DNA of 64,000 nucleotides from Lytechinus pictus (lineage: Eukaryota): contig NC_087247.1 in assembly GCF_037042905.1 (NCBI RefSeq), positions 60,760,001-60,824,000 on the forward strand, read 5' to 3'. The notes under the pieces were generated by a model. It was not told the origin of the DNA, searched no databases, and saw only the letters and a program-made list of their open reading frames with translations. Positions 11,699 to 25,016 of this stretch are shown in pieces. A program made the translations under genes and the position numbers. Every line of letters begins with the position of its first letter. Within the stretch, counting starts at the first letter, position 1.

Positions 11699-13482
11699 TT
11701 ATTGCTGAATAAAGAAATAAAGATTTAAAGAAAGATGAATATATTGTATACCTTTGATGATACAGAAGTTAATCCAGAATTTAATTATGGAATCCAATCA
11801 CACAGTTTTGAAAGTCAATTATTTTTTTCCTTTAGTCGGTTTAAACTGACTGATAGAATATCATATTCAACATGAAATGAAAAATAGATTACATCAGATC
11901 ATTGAAAACGAAGTACACGTTAGTCTGATTAATCAACCAACACTCTATCATGCTAGACGAATATGACGATTTTTCAAGGATACGTTTCAGACAGCCGGAT
12001 CTTGTCTTCCAAAAAGGCAATGATTAGAGATCTTTGCATGGAAAGTATAGAGCTATATTTTTCATAATTTCAAAATATTTGCCTCCATGGTTTTAAACTT
12101 TGTTGCATTTCATTTCTTGTGAAAAGTTTTCGGCAAAGTCTTTGGCTCTTATTTATCTTTTTTTCCATTTAATTCATTAATTGGCGTCATTTCAGAATTT
12201 AGATACGTATAAAAAAATCGACAATACACCTTGTTTTTTCTTTCGTGTCCGACATCTACATAGATCAACTATAGATATTTGACCATGACTTGTCACATCG
12301 CAGATCTCTTGTACGTTTATTTTTAGAGTTTATGCGCAAGTGAATACATTCTTAAATAGTTATTCAAATATTGTGAAAAGCTTGTCCTCAATGCACACAA
12401 TAAGGAAAGTTTTAATACTTTGACCCCATCCTGTTCAAATATGTCTCGGGATATGTCTGCATCCTGATGAAGCAAATGAAAATTTCCCGGTGAAAGATCA
12501 TAATGATAATATTTTGCTAATATCAGCTAGGATCAGCACAAAGTCCTCATAAGCGCTTTACAAAAATATTACAAGCCAGGTTATTGAAATACTGCATTTT
12601 CTCCATTTTATGGGGAGCATTACAACAAGAATGTCAATTTTCGCTTTCGCATCCTTCTGGATACCAATAAACCAGTTTGACATTTGGGTGAAGAGTGGCA
12701 AAGCAGGGAAATGGAAGGGTCCCTCGGTAGAATTTCTAAAGATATTTACGTAATATCTAGTTTATGTTATGAATATGTATTACAAAATTTTGTCAATAAA
12801 ACAAGAATTATATTGTGCACACTTTGTTATTCTCTTTACAATGGTTGCATGCTATGTTATTATTTTGTTATATTTCTTTGTGGAAATGAAATCAATGCCA
12901 ATCTTAATTTGAATATTGATAAAAAAAGGTCGCGATGCAGTTCGACCTCTGATTACAAGGCAAACTTTTTACTTTATTTTAACGTATGTTCTGCTAATTC
13001 TCGACTTCAATATGAATGGCATAAAATGTGTGTGTAATATATGCTTCATCTCATTTTGTTTACTATCCATTTCAAACAAGATAAAATACATCTGTTTGTG
13101 TTGTACATCACGAAAACCAAGTATCAAACAGTGCTTTTATATTTAATATAAACAATTCATAACTAGATTCTCGAAAGAATCATCAGTATCTCCCCTTTTC
13201 ATCAATGTTTGTTACCCCATCAAGACAAATAGAAATCGAAATACCAGTCGGAAATGTATAGTCATTCCGTATACACTCGAAACTCGATGATAATGATGAA
13301 AATCCATTCATTCTCTATAATGACGTAATGAGTTATATTGATTTTATACATGACGTTACAAGAATATCTACCCTGAACAAAAGAAAATACTACGTCATTG
13401 TTGACCAAGACTGACAAAATGACGTAATATGTACATCTTGATTAATTCATCAATAAGTTGTTTATACTTTATTTTTTTTCAG

Positions 13483-13547
13483 GTTGCGGGGACTGTAGGC
13501 TGTGTAAGACATATGTGAGAGCTTGCGATGCGTGTTATTTTGGAATA
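13483..13547 (+). CDS. Internal exon of a putative small Cys-rich peptide precursor (xCGDCRLCKTYVRACDACYFGI)
   Basis: tttattttttttttcag acceptor, gtaagt donor, 65 nt, phase 1-0, 5 Cys in 21 codons. Confidence 0.68.
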
Positions 13548-14785
13548 GTAAGTTTTACTCCTTCTATGTTTATATAAATGGCATAGACCCTATACGATAT
13601 TTCACATTAGGTCTATATCAAATAAGCATGATTGAACAAATGTATCCATTGATTAATACATTAATGTATATAAATCGTCATGTGTATCTCGGTTTATTCT
13701 TTCGCATAATCCCGGCTAAAGCCATGGTAAATTGTAAAAAAAAAAGTGAATTGTACTTGAGTATCATCGACATGTAACGTGTCAATCTTCAAATGAGAAT
13801 GAAACCTTGGGAGAAATTTAACTTGTGTGAAAACAGAATAATCAAAGGTAAGAGAAAAATTGTACAAATAATACGAAAATTGTGAGCATTTGAATGTTGA
13901 CATCACTATCGATGTGGACATTCCCTATTGGCAATGTAATTAAATGTGTGATATCACACTTGTACAACTTCCCTATTACTTTTCTACATATTTTATTTAT
14001 TGATTATTACTTGTATCAAATCAATCCATAAATCAGGATTTTTTCATGGGAGGATATTTAATAGAGGTTCAATAAAATACATCATGGACAAAGAGTTTGT
14101 ACTATCATATAAAATGAGGAAAATAGATGTTTAGGGGTATATTACAAAGGGGAGAGTTATACTTCTGTGATCTTGGTCGCATTGCCAAAGGAAGGATTTC
14201 CATAACTTTAGTGATTTAGAATTTTAGATACCCATAATTCTATGGTTTGTCCAATCGTTCTCAAACTTTATTCTATGGTTTCTATGTTTTCATACAAACT
14301 AACTTGTTCCTATTCTCCTTTAAGAAGTGTAGTCATGGTAGAAGCAATTGATTTTTTTCTACCCCCAATTCTACAGAGAAAAAAAAATCGAATATTCGAT
14401 TCTTATATAATAACCTAGCTCCTTCACAGATTTTATATCACAAAGGAAAAACAAACAAAAAGACGTAGGTTATTTGGATCGGTCACCCGATTGAAATCAA
14501 TTTTTAACGTGAAATGGAAATTAAATGTATTGTAGGAAATACAATAACGTTTCATTTCCTCCACATGGCTTTTTGGGGGGTTTGCACATTTTAATGTAGC
14601 AATGAATTGGAATAGTGATAAACGCATTTCTGCGGATTTATCAAAACTAAAGACAGGCTTTAAATCTTTCTATATTGTCTCTAGACCGATCAGAAACCCA
14701 TGGGCAATGATGTAGAGATAGGAGAGGGGGCTTAAGCCAACCACCTTCTGTCTTCTGTGTATGACACGTTATTTTGACTTCATGT

Positions 14786-14788
<3 letters not shown>

Positions 14789-14838
<50 letters not shown>
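14789..14838. repeat. (TA)n microsatellite
   Basis: direct inspection. Confidence 0.95.
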
Positions 14839-14842
<4 letters not shown>

Positions 14843-14891
14843 TATTTTCTCTTTTCATTTTCTCTTTTCATGATATTTTATATCTTGCTAG

Positions 14892-15056
14892 GCAACGCGA
14901 AAAAGGAATTCATTGATAGAAGCAGCAGACAATGATGGAACAAATGAGCTACAGAGGGCAGCATTACAGACGTCTATTACCGCCAAAAGGCCAACCTGTT
15001 ATCTTGATCAGATATTCAGCAAACTCCCACCTGAAATACAACGCCAGATTGAAGAA
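14892..15056 (+). CDS. Next exon of the same gene (ATRKRNSLIEAADNDG...AKRPTCYLDQIFSKLPPEIQRQIEE)
   Basis: Pyrimidine tract plus tag, gtgagt donor, 165 nt. The phase-0 frame is the only open one, and it is GC-richer than the flanks. Confidence 0.7.
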
Positions 15057-15289
15057 GTGAGTTAGACACACCTTCTTTAGCCCCTCTCCCTCTCACCTTA
15101 ACCCCCCCCCCCTCTCTCTCCCTTTCCTCCCCGCTTTACTCTCCCTCTCGCTATCCACAGAAGTTCCATCATGAATTTATTCAAGTCCTAGACATTGATG
15201 ATGGTTTAAACAAACAAAAAATTGTTTGATTTGCCAAGTTCCTATGACTTCGTGTATTCCATAAATGTCTCAAAATATCCTTTTTCAGA

Positions 15290-17116
15290 TGTGATGGTCA
15301 AAACGTAGGCCTAGATCAGCTAGCGCTGCGCGCTCGCACTTTGATTGATGAGTTATGTATACCTCTTTATCAATTCTATAACAAGCTACTTAAAATCTCA
15401 TTTTCATTACAGATTATAAAACAAAAATCGGCTCGCGATTTGCGTTTGCATCAATGTTAAAATGTATTAACCCATGCGTCCTATTCATAACTACAAAATG
15501 CTTAAAATGTCCCGTTTTCAAGCCTTAATAATCAACAAATTCCACGCTCTCATCAAGCATATTAGATTAATAAATAAGAAAACAATGAATTCCTAATAAC
15601 TATAATGGCCCCTTTTCAGAGTGGAATATTGACAAGATTCATCTCGCTCTTAGGAATAATTTGAAGATATAGTCATAATTTTCATATATGATGACAAAAT
15701 GTGCTTAGAATGTCCCGGTCCTAGGTCAAAATAAAAATTAAAAAATAATATCAGCTGGCGCATCGCGCTCGCATCATTTATCAAGTGTGATCACGGACCT
15801 CTATACTAATAGGTCCATGGTGTGATCCACATCTACTTCCAAATTTTCCTACACAGTGCTTAAATTGACCCCCTTAAAATTTTTTTTTTAGATCAGAATG
15901 TATTTTTTTCAGCTCGCGGCATTATTGATCTTTATGGGTAAAAATGTATACAGAATGTCCAGATTCTAGGTCTAAATCTAAAGCAGGCGCACGGATGTTT
16001 ATCGATATAGGCAGCTTGTTTTTTTTATTTAAAACGTGCTTAAATTATCCAGTTTCTGATCGGAATATCAATAATTTCCTGCTGGCGCTTCACGCTCGCA
16101 TTATTAATGTAGGAAGATACCCAATTACCCATCATTTTCATGATTTACAAAACATGAATAGAGTGTCCCGCTTTTAGGTCTAAAATCTAAATTTTCTTCT
16201 GCTCGCGCTCGCATTAATTGTTTACATTCCCTTCCCTATTCATGATTACGAAATGTGCTTAGAATGACATTTTTTTTTAGGTCGGAATGTCCAAAATTTC
16301 AGCTCGCGCTTCGCGCTCGAATTATTTAATTGTTGAAATATGTATCATCTTTTTTCATGGGTAACTGCAAACTGTCCTCAACAGGTTTTCGATCAGGCCA
16401 GAACGTTTATTAACAAGAGTGTCGCTAAGGGGAGCACATAATACGCCCGTCTGTAACGCGGAAAAGGAGCTATTGGCCAAGCAAGAAAAGTGGAAGATGG
16501 TGACTGAACCTTTGACCTTCTGACCTCAAAATCAATAGAATTGTTAGGATATATACTAGTATCATACATAAAATTCAAATAAAGTTATCACATTAACAAG
16601 GACTTCGGAAGGGTAAGATGAAAACATGTCACTGTGATCTTGACCTTTGACCTTTTGACCTCAAAATCAATAGGCTTCCTGGGATCCATGCTAGTATCAT
16701 ACACACCAAATTATATGAGCATAGGTAAAGTTAAACTGAAGTTATCGCGTTTACAAGGAAAAGTTAACGGACGGACGGACAGACAGACCGGCGGACGGAC
16801 GGACACCGAGCGTGATACCATAATACGTCCCGTCGAGACGGGCGTATAGAAATGTCTGCTCGCGCTTGGCGTTCGCGGTCCCAAACATTGCCTAGAATGT
16901 TAGATTTTCAGGACAAAATGCATGAAAGTTAAAAAAAAAATTAGCTCGCACTTCGCACTTTTTATATAGGGCTAATATGAGATTATTTCACATTTCTGTT
17001 TTTTATAAGAATAAAGCTAAGAAGTAACTGTGAGGACTACCCCTTCCAAAATAAAATCAGCTTTGAGCGGCCGATCGGCCCCACCCCCTATTGGCGAAAG
17101 TTGGATCCGCCCCTGT
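15290..17116 (+). repeat. Degenerate roughly 120-bp tandem repeat (gctcgcgcttcgcgctcgcatt core) ending in a ggatccgcccctg MITE-type terminus
   Basis: Core motif recurs at about 15318, 15430, 15752, 15910, 16080, 16200, 16301, 16857 and 16943. Confidence 0.7.
16412..16848. mobile_element. Helentron-associated (DINE-1/Tsp-like) non-autonomous element
   Basis: aacaag start; subterminal ataatacgcccgtc with partner gacgggcgtat; TGACCTTTGACC core repeats; (GACG/GACA)n; terminal stem-loop. Confidence 0.72.
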
Positions 17117-18030
17117 GACACACACACCAAACACACAGAAAAAAATGTTGCCCCCCATTAAAAAGCAATGACCCACAGTGCCCCCAGGGAAAAAAAAGTC
17201 ATAGCTACGCCACNNNNNNNNNNNNNNNNNNNNNNNNNNNNNNNNNNNNNNNNNNNNNNNNNNNNNNNNNNNNNNNNNNNNNNNNNNNNNNNNNNNNNNN
17301 NNNNNNNNNNNNNNNNNNNNNNNNNNNNNNNNNNNNNNNNNNNNNNNNNNNNNNNNNNNNNNNNNNNNNNNNNNNNNNNNNNNNNNNNNNNNNNNNNNNN
17401 NNNNNNNNNNNNNNNNNNNNNNNNNNCATGGGGAATCGGGGATTAAATGTAAACTCTCTTCGGTTTTAAAGACTACTACAGGGGCCGCGGAACCGGGGGG
17501 CTGGGGGGCTTCAGCCCCCCCCCCCCCCCCACTTTTTCCAAAACCGTGTTCAAAAACGTAAAAATGACCATATGATTGTGATTTTTAGCATGGTCATGTT
17601 TTTTATAAGAATAAAGCTAAGAAGTAACTGTGAGGACTACCCCTTCCAAAATAAAATCAGCTTTGAGCGGCCGATCGGCCCCCCCCCCCCCTATTGGCGA
17701 AAGTTGGATCCGCCCCTGTGACACACACACCAAACACACAGAAAAAAATGTTGCCCCCCCATTAAAAAGCAATGACCCACAGTGCCCCCAGGAAAAAAAA
17801 GTCATAGCTACGCCACNNNNNNNNNNNNNNNNNNNNNNNNNNNNNNNNNNNNNNNNNNNNNNNNNNNNNNNNNNNNNNNNNNNNNNNNNNNNNNNNNNNN
17901 NNNNNNNNNNNNNNNNNNNNNNNNNNNNNNNNNNNNNNNNNNNNNNNNNNNNNNNNNNNNNNNNNNNNNNNNNNNNNNNNNNNNNNNNCGGGGATTAAAT
18001 GTAAACTCTCTTCGGTTTTAAAGACTACTA

Positions 18031-18207
18031 CAGGGGCCGCGGAACCGGGGGGCTGGGGGGCTTCAGCCCCCCCCCCCCCCACTTTTTCCAAAACCGTGTT
18101 CAAAAACGTAAAAATGACCATATGATTGTGATTTTTAGCATGGTCAGCCCCCCACTTTTGGCTCAGCCCCCCCCCCCCCCACTTTGAAAACCGTCCCGCG
18201 GCCCCTG
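18031..18207. mobile_element. Short G/C-run MITE (caggggccgcgg TIRs)
   Basis: caggggccgcgg...ccgcggcccctg; partial copy from 17479. Confidence 0.7.
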
Positions 18208-18884
18208 TACTATATAGTAGAAGTAGTAGTAGTAGTAGTAGTAGAAGTAGTAGTATGGCAAGTTCCCCCAAGTCGCGCAGTCCCCCTTGTCTGCGCACAC
18301 GCGTATCTGCGCGATTCTATATCTAGTAAAAGAAGAACGAGCACGAACTTTACACATGCAATATATAGACAGGTATTCATAAAAAACTCTGACTCAAAAT
18401 GGTGGACAAATAATGAATTTAGGGCATTTCATGTGACGGCCTGAAAATGCAGCCTTTCTCATCAAAATTCCCGAATCGTGTGCAAAGTGAATGAGTGTGC
18501 AGACATGGGGTACCATTTTTTTTTCAATCTGAAAATGAATGCCCGAGGTTTTTTCAAGAAAATTCTATATTTTCTTTCATTTTTTTAATGAGAAATTCGG
18601 TACACTTACTCTTAATGATATAAGGAACATTATTAATAGAAAGATTTTCTGAAATAAGAAGAAATTCATGTTAAATCTTAATTCAAATTGTTAGGTGCGC
18701 AGACTTGGGGCCCACCATCATAGTAGAGTTGTTCATTATATTTTATTGGTATTTTAATTACTGCTGATATGCTTCTGCCATTTCATTAAGAGTTTATAAA
18801 TTTCAATATTGAAACAAAAAATTCAGATATATCGCGAATTCGGAATGTCATTGATGTTGAATAATTTTTTGTATTCCTTTTCAG

Positions 18885-18905
18885 CTTATTTTATCATCGA
18901 TTTGA
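18885..18905 (+). CDS. Candidate last coding exon of the peptide gene (LILSSI*)
   Basis: gtattccttttcag acceptor; phase 0 continues the amphipathic helix to TGA; AATAAA at 19990 and about 20021. Confidence 0.5.
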   Translation, partial: LILSSI

Positions 18906-21396
18906 GATTGAAAGAAGATCCAGAAGGACTCATTTTTTTCTACTGCTGATTGTTTGATGAAGTTTTAAGGGACAAAGAATACATGGATTTTATGACAAAG
19001 GCCAATCAGGAGATTACAATATTCTTCTTCCCATCGATTCTTCGCCAGTTTTACATTACAAATCACATTATTAAGAGGTAACGTCTTTCTTCGATTGCTT
19101 TCTGTTCGTCAGATCATTTTCGGGTGCAATTCATAATCATTTTATTTCTATTAGTTTTAAGTATTGTAAGGAGTGTAAATCAATCTAATTAATTTCATTG
19201 TTGGAATGAAATGAATGAATCCGAGGGTGCTAAAGATTAAATAGTAGCGTTACCAGCATCTGCAAATGATCAAGCATTCAGGAAGATTTGTTTCATGACC
19301 AATTATACACATTTCATGTACTTGAATCTGGACTTTTCCACGATATGGGATGCACATATAAAAATGTGATATATGAAATTGTATTTCTGATTCGACTCTA
19401 ACAAGGAATGCAAAGACATTTTCTGATGTGCTACTGTTTTTTGGATATTTATTTTCCTTTTAAAAGGATAACCAACTCGATAACTGCGTATAGATTTTCA
19501 AGTGATCTTGGGGAAAGGAATAGGGTTCTGTACTTATCAAACCTATGAATGTGATTTTAAGATGAAGATCAGAATATAGATAATCAGGATGAATATTAGT
19601 GTAACCTACATTCCAAATTCCCTATTTATAATCGATCCAAAGAATTGCGACTATATAGTGATTAGTGACAAAGCCACATTTACATTTAAATATAATTTAC
19701 TGTATACAATACAATGTAGCGTTTTGTTTTCTTGTGACAAGTACACTTGTGATAGAGTAAACATTATCATAAGCCCCAATTATTTTTTAGATATCAATAT
19801 GTACCAATATTGTGAACAGTACGTTTGTATTGTATGTCGAATGATTTCATTTAAATGATTAATGTTGACTACTCATACCAATGTCCATTATTGTGTTCGT
19901 CACTTGGTATAGTGATTCTCAATACTTTGATGGCATGGACAAATTGGTTATTGTATTATATGAAAAATGGTCTCATTAATGTTTGTGACAATAAAAATCC
20001 CACCCACACGCACAAAAACCAATAAAATCCCTCTGTATTTTAACAGGTAAATTATATAAACTTCTCTATAATGTTTAATATTCAGACTGAAATAGTCATT
20101 ATGAACTCATGGGCATTGGCGAATTCGTATAATTCATGTATTCATTATTTCTGAGGTATGAAATGTTGTGTGTACTATATGATATGTAAAAACCAACGGA
20201 TTAGACATAAAAACATCTAGCTATGTATACATGATACAGAAAGTTGATGCTGAAGTTACATCAATGAATCAGACTCTAATCCGACCGATGGAACGTCATT
20301 TTGAATCACGTATAGCTTTGATCGATTATTGATGTGACTCCAACATCAATAAGATGAGGAATGTTCTTATTCTATCCTTTTTATAGAAAAGGTGGTTCAG
20401 ATTTTAAAGCTATTTTATTCCTCAAACATATTAATGCTCTCGATTTATATCAATTTTCTCAATTCCATATTCCATATCGATTCCAGTTTGATATTGTTCT
20501 ATTACGGGGTATCGAAGTTTCTATTCAAAAGGAGGCATATAGTTAGCGACTTGTTCATGCTTTAAATCTGATCACCAGTGAGTTCAGTTTTGATAAACCA
20601 GGAACGTGGAAGACCATGCGATAAACTTACTGCAACACTGGTAATCAATGTTAACCTTCTTTTGGGGACCCAAATGTGCAAATATTCATTTTTTTTTCAT
20701 CGTTTAAGTGTAAATCATGATTACTTTGAAGTAAAGAAAGTGGTCAGGGAGAGAGAGAGAGAGAGCGAGGGATGTGGATAATCTTAGGACGCTATTGGGG
20801 GCATTCTACCTGTTCAAGTTCAGTGCCCCTTACAAATTCATGAATGGGCTTGCTAACACAAATATCAAGTTTATAGTACTACGCTAGGAAGACAATCCTA
20901 AATAAATAGATTTGAGAGAGAAACATACAAGAAAATACCTTTTATACCACTATGTCTATAATGCGTGCGAAAAAAAACCTATAAAAATACATTTTAACAT
21001 TAGGTCTATAATTTGGCAGTGAAAATTCTAAAAGCTGATATTTCGGAACATTGTGTACCAAAGCTTGATGTAGTATAAAATGTAGCATACATTGATCCAT
21101 GTTTGTTTAATTTTAGTATCACATCGAAAACAAAATAATCCAACTTCATACCTGGACTTCGTATGATAAAAACACCAATAAATGAGAATATGTAGATCGG
21201 TCGAAATCAGATACTCCATTATGAATCATAACAGTTTTCCAGCAGACAATAAAATCGAAAGGTATATAATTTCCAGACACAACGCCTACAATTTGACCTA
21301 TACGGTTAAAGGCTTTACGCGTGATTTTCCCGGGAGGCGAGAATACATGAGAGGGAACTGGTAATCCATGGAGTATCTAGAGGTGAGAAGAAGTTA

Positions 21397-21634
21397 CATG
21401 GCCCTGGAAAGCGGGGGTGCTGAAGTACCCCCAACATTTTCCCAGGGGGTGATGCTTGTATTATTATACATAGGCAGCACCCCCTGGAGTTCTTGTAGGT
21501 GTGTCGAATTGGAGAATTGTACACTACCTTCATTTTATAGTGAAACCTCTTTTTTTTTTTTTTGGGGGGGGGGGCTTGTCAAATTTTCTTCAGCACCCCT
21601 AGCGAAAAAAAAAAATCGTTTTCACAGGGCCCTG
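21397..21634. mobile_element. Short MITE (cagggccctg-type TIRs)
   Basis: catggccctggaaa ... tttcacagggccctg. Confidence 0.55.
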
Positions 21635-24041
21635 TAATTATAAATGTATGTGCAGAAAGAAAGACGAATAAATATCTTATCTTATCTTATGCTAGGTTTG
21701 TCCTCTTTGAATTTATATTTTTGAATAATATATGGCCTACATTAGGAGAAAATGTCAATAAAACCAAAAGTTGGGCTTCAGACACGCGAGCAGGGGGGGG
21801 GGGGTCATTTGCACGTATATCTGTTGCATATACACGAAAATTTGAAGAAAAAAATTGCGACATCTTTATAATCTGAACTTTCTAGTCATTTATATCCTTG
21901 CAACCTGGCGAAAGTACTCTTTCATACGGTTCTTCTGTCAGTTAGAACTCCATTTTAATGTAAGTGATTTTGAAGCACTATCTGCTGCATAAATTGAGCC
22001 AGTGTCAAAGTGATACATGAGCTGAGATCGCAGGTGCTAAGCCGATAAAATGATAAAATCTTGATCAAATATACGAGCGAAAGAGATTTTGATTCTTAGA
22101 ATATACCTTGTAATTAAACGATCGATCATCACTGACAACCATTAATATGCGAGAGATTTGAAGCGGGGGTGACAGAGACAGGAGGGCAAGAGCATACACA
22201 AGATAACGAAAATTTATACGAATTTATGAATGTATTGTCAGCTAATTATCTCTTTATAAGCTTAAGATAAATCGAGATAGATTTATTGTCTGAGTTTTGC
22301 CATAAATCAATAAATCGAGATAAAATTGGCACTGCAAATATCCCGGACACTGTCAAAGGCGCAAAAAAGCGAGTAATGACTTTTCCCTGATTGCGTCCCT
22401 TATGTAAAATATCAAAACAAAATGGAATGTGCATGATTAGCTTTGATTTATTTTGAAAAGAAACAGAATAAAAGGAATATAAGTTTAGAATTTGCATTGT
22501 TAGTATAATTAATTGGGGAAGGGGAACTGATGTTCGCTTATCTAAATTAACGCATTTATTTGTAACCAACAAGTCATTGAAGCAAATATCAATCTCAAGA
22601 AATAATTCTTGATTGTTCCATGGAAATGTGGAATCAAGTCCTGAAACTTAGTGTTTGACAAAGCAAAACATAGAAACTATTTTAAAAAAATGCACATCGA
22701 ATGCTTTCGAAGTATTCAAGTTTTTGTTTACTCAAAATCAAGCACACATGAACAAATAAATCACATAATGAATGGATGGAAGAATGGACGGACGGGATTG
22801 ATTGATGAGACAGATTGATGAATAAAACAGAGTGTACAATCAACGGAGCCGACCTTCATTATGATTTGATTCATACATTACACTAATTATTATACTTTAA
22901 TAATGGTACCCGATATTCTAAAATCACGAATTGAAATTTTGCACCAATCCCTTTAACCCCATTAGTATGATTAGATTGATTAAGAAGCAAGTTAATAAAC
23001 AGCTATAAACAATACACTCTGCCGAGTTGAAACAATACCAGACAGGAGAAGTATGAAGATGAATAAAATATATAGTATACCAAAGGCAGCTCTATCTGGT
23101 TATTGTGTTGCTGTTTATTCCCCCAAATGTCATCCTTATTTCTATCCACTTTCAACAGCTTTCAAGTAAATTTAAATGACCAATATTCATTTGAATAATA
23201 TGAATTTAAATAGCTTTATTTCAAACATCATCATTCTCGAAGGTGTTTCATTATCATCCTCGAATGTGACACTTGTTTCACTGTTTGATAATTTGTTTTC
23301 TTATTATGTCGAGAGTGAGGTCAGGATCAAGCAATTTCCTATTGATTTGATGGAAAGACCCATGTTCCTCCAAATACAATAAAAGTGGCATCGAAAGAAA
23401 ACTGAACGTCATTTTTCGTAAAGTTTGGCAATACCAATGACAGGCATCAAATACAAAACAAAATGATTTGAGTTGATGACGTAACATACCAATACTAATT
23501 TTGGTATTTGATATAGAATTTCAAATACTTCAGCGTTTCTAAATTTGATAATAAAGAAAATCCCTATTGACTCACAATAAGTTGCAAGGGTTTTAAAATA
23601 ATTTACAATGATAAACCATCTTTTCTCTCTTGGAAGTGAGTGTAGTAACACCTGTGCTTACACACACCACCGCTTCAATTAAGAGGAACAAACCCAAGCA
23701 AATACACCCCATCCCTTTATTTCACATGTGATCCATTTTACACGTATTTGTATATTTCAATCAACTAACTTGGACTTTGGAACATTTACTTTTTTATGTG
23801 AAACCTGGTATTACCATCATTAATTCATAAATCTTGTACTTTCATTCCTTCATGTACAGTACGTCAGGGCCGCGTTACCGTATTTAAGTTATCATTATGG
23901 TAACTTTGCTATCCATAGGTAACTTGTGTGGAATCCTCGATTTTGATTGATTCGTAATCAGCTTATACCACGGTAGTTACCATTGGGTGGTAAAGATACC
24001 ATAAATAGTAACTTTTATGCAACAGGATCCAGATGCCTATA

Positions 24042-25016
24042 CAGTGCGTATCAAAAAAAAGTTTACACTTTGAAAAAGCCCTGGGAATTAAAAAATATAC
24101 AACATGTGGGTAATTTTTCACATATTATCTTGGGTTTGGGTCTCGTCTATCCAATGAATGTAAAGTTTTGACAGAATGTTACACTTGAGTGAGCACTGTC
24201 CATTTTTGTAAAGCTCGCAGAAATCTGTTTGCGCAGAAATGCTCGTTTTCACGCTGTGTCAAGGGGAAAGGGCGAAATCAAACTTACCCTGTGAAACATT
24301 TCTCATAGATTTCCCTTGCGCTTTTAGTCAATTGAAATAAAACGGATACATTCAAGCATTGTGTAACAATTTTGCCACCCAAATTGAAATTTCAACACTT
24401 AGTAAGCAGAACCTTTTACCCCCTTTTTGCCAGCTGGATCTGAGGACATAACTGAATCTGAACAAAAGTTTATATCAGACATCTCCAGCATTTTTTCACT
24501 AAGTTTTTATCATTTAAAGTGGGTTTACATTTCATTTTTCATTTAATCTCCACACTTTTCCCAAGCTTGACAATGATTAACAAAATGAAAATCAAGCCTA
24601 AGCCATGTCATGTAAATCACAGCTCAGTGTAAAGCAAATATCGTCACGGTGGCCTCGGTGTGTGGGGGAGTGGGATGGGGTGCAATGTACTCTTCGAAGT
24701 GTTTTGGGCAAGGAAACAAGTTAAAAAGGTAAAAGATATCTTCAAATCAATTTCACTAGCTAAATTCCACGTGTCCTTCATGTTTAAGGTCTACTTTTAT
24801 TCGCATAACTATTTCAAAGTTCTGCACAAATCATTTTTCACTAACTTTTCAAAAGTAAGTGGTGCTCACTCCAGCGGAAGTATTTTTAGACAGTTATATC
24901 ATCATTTGCTTAAATGGATCTTTACCAATATTAAAATGTGGGAAAATCTTCAGGATATTAAAAATATATAATTTTACAGGATTTTTTCTAAGTGTAATTT
25001 TTTTTTATACGCACTG
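24042..25016. mobile_element. Tc1/mariner-like MITE
   Basis: TA|cagtgcgtatcaaaaaaaa ... ttttttttatacgcactg|TA. Confidence 0.85.

Noticed and set aside
7537-11728. Many repeated ORFs (MAAILDFKMAA..., MIFHGGHLGFQNGG...)
   Set aside because: These are translations of the foldback repeat unit in several frames and both strands, with no splice or domain support.
16997-18146. About 600-bp tandem duplication
   Set aside because: Both copies abut N runs and differ mainly in homopolymer length, so it may be an assembly or haplotype artefact. It cannot be resolved without reads.
23160-23167. cag|CTTTCAA|gtaaat micro-exon
   Set aside because: 7 nt, no partner exons identified; likely chance.
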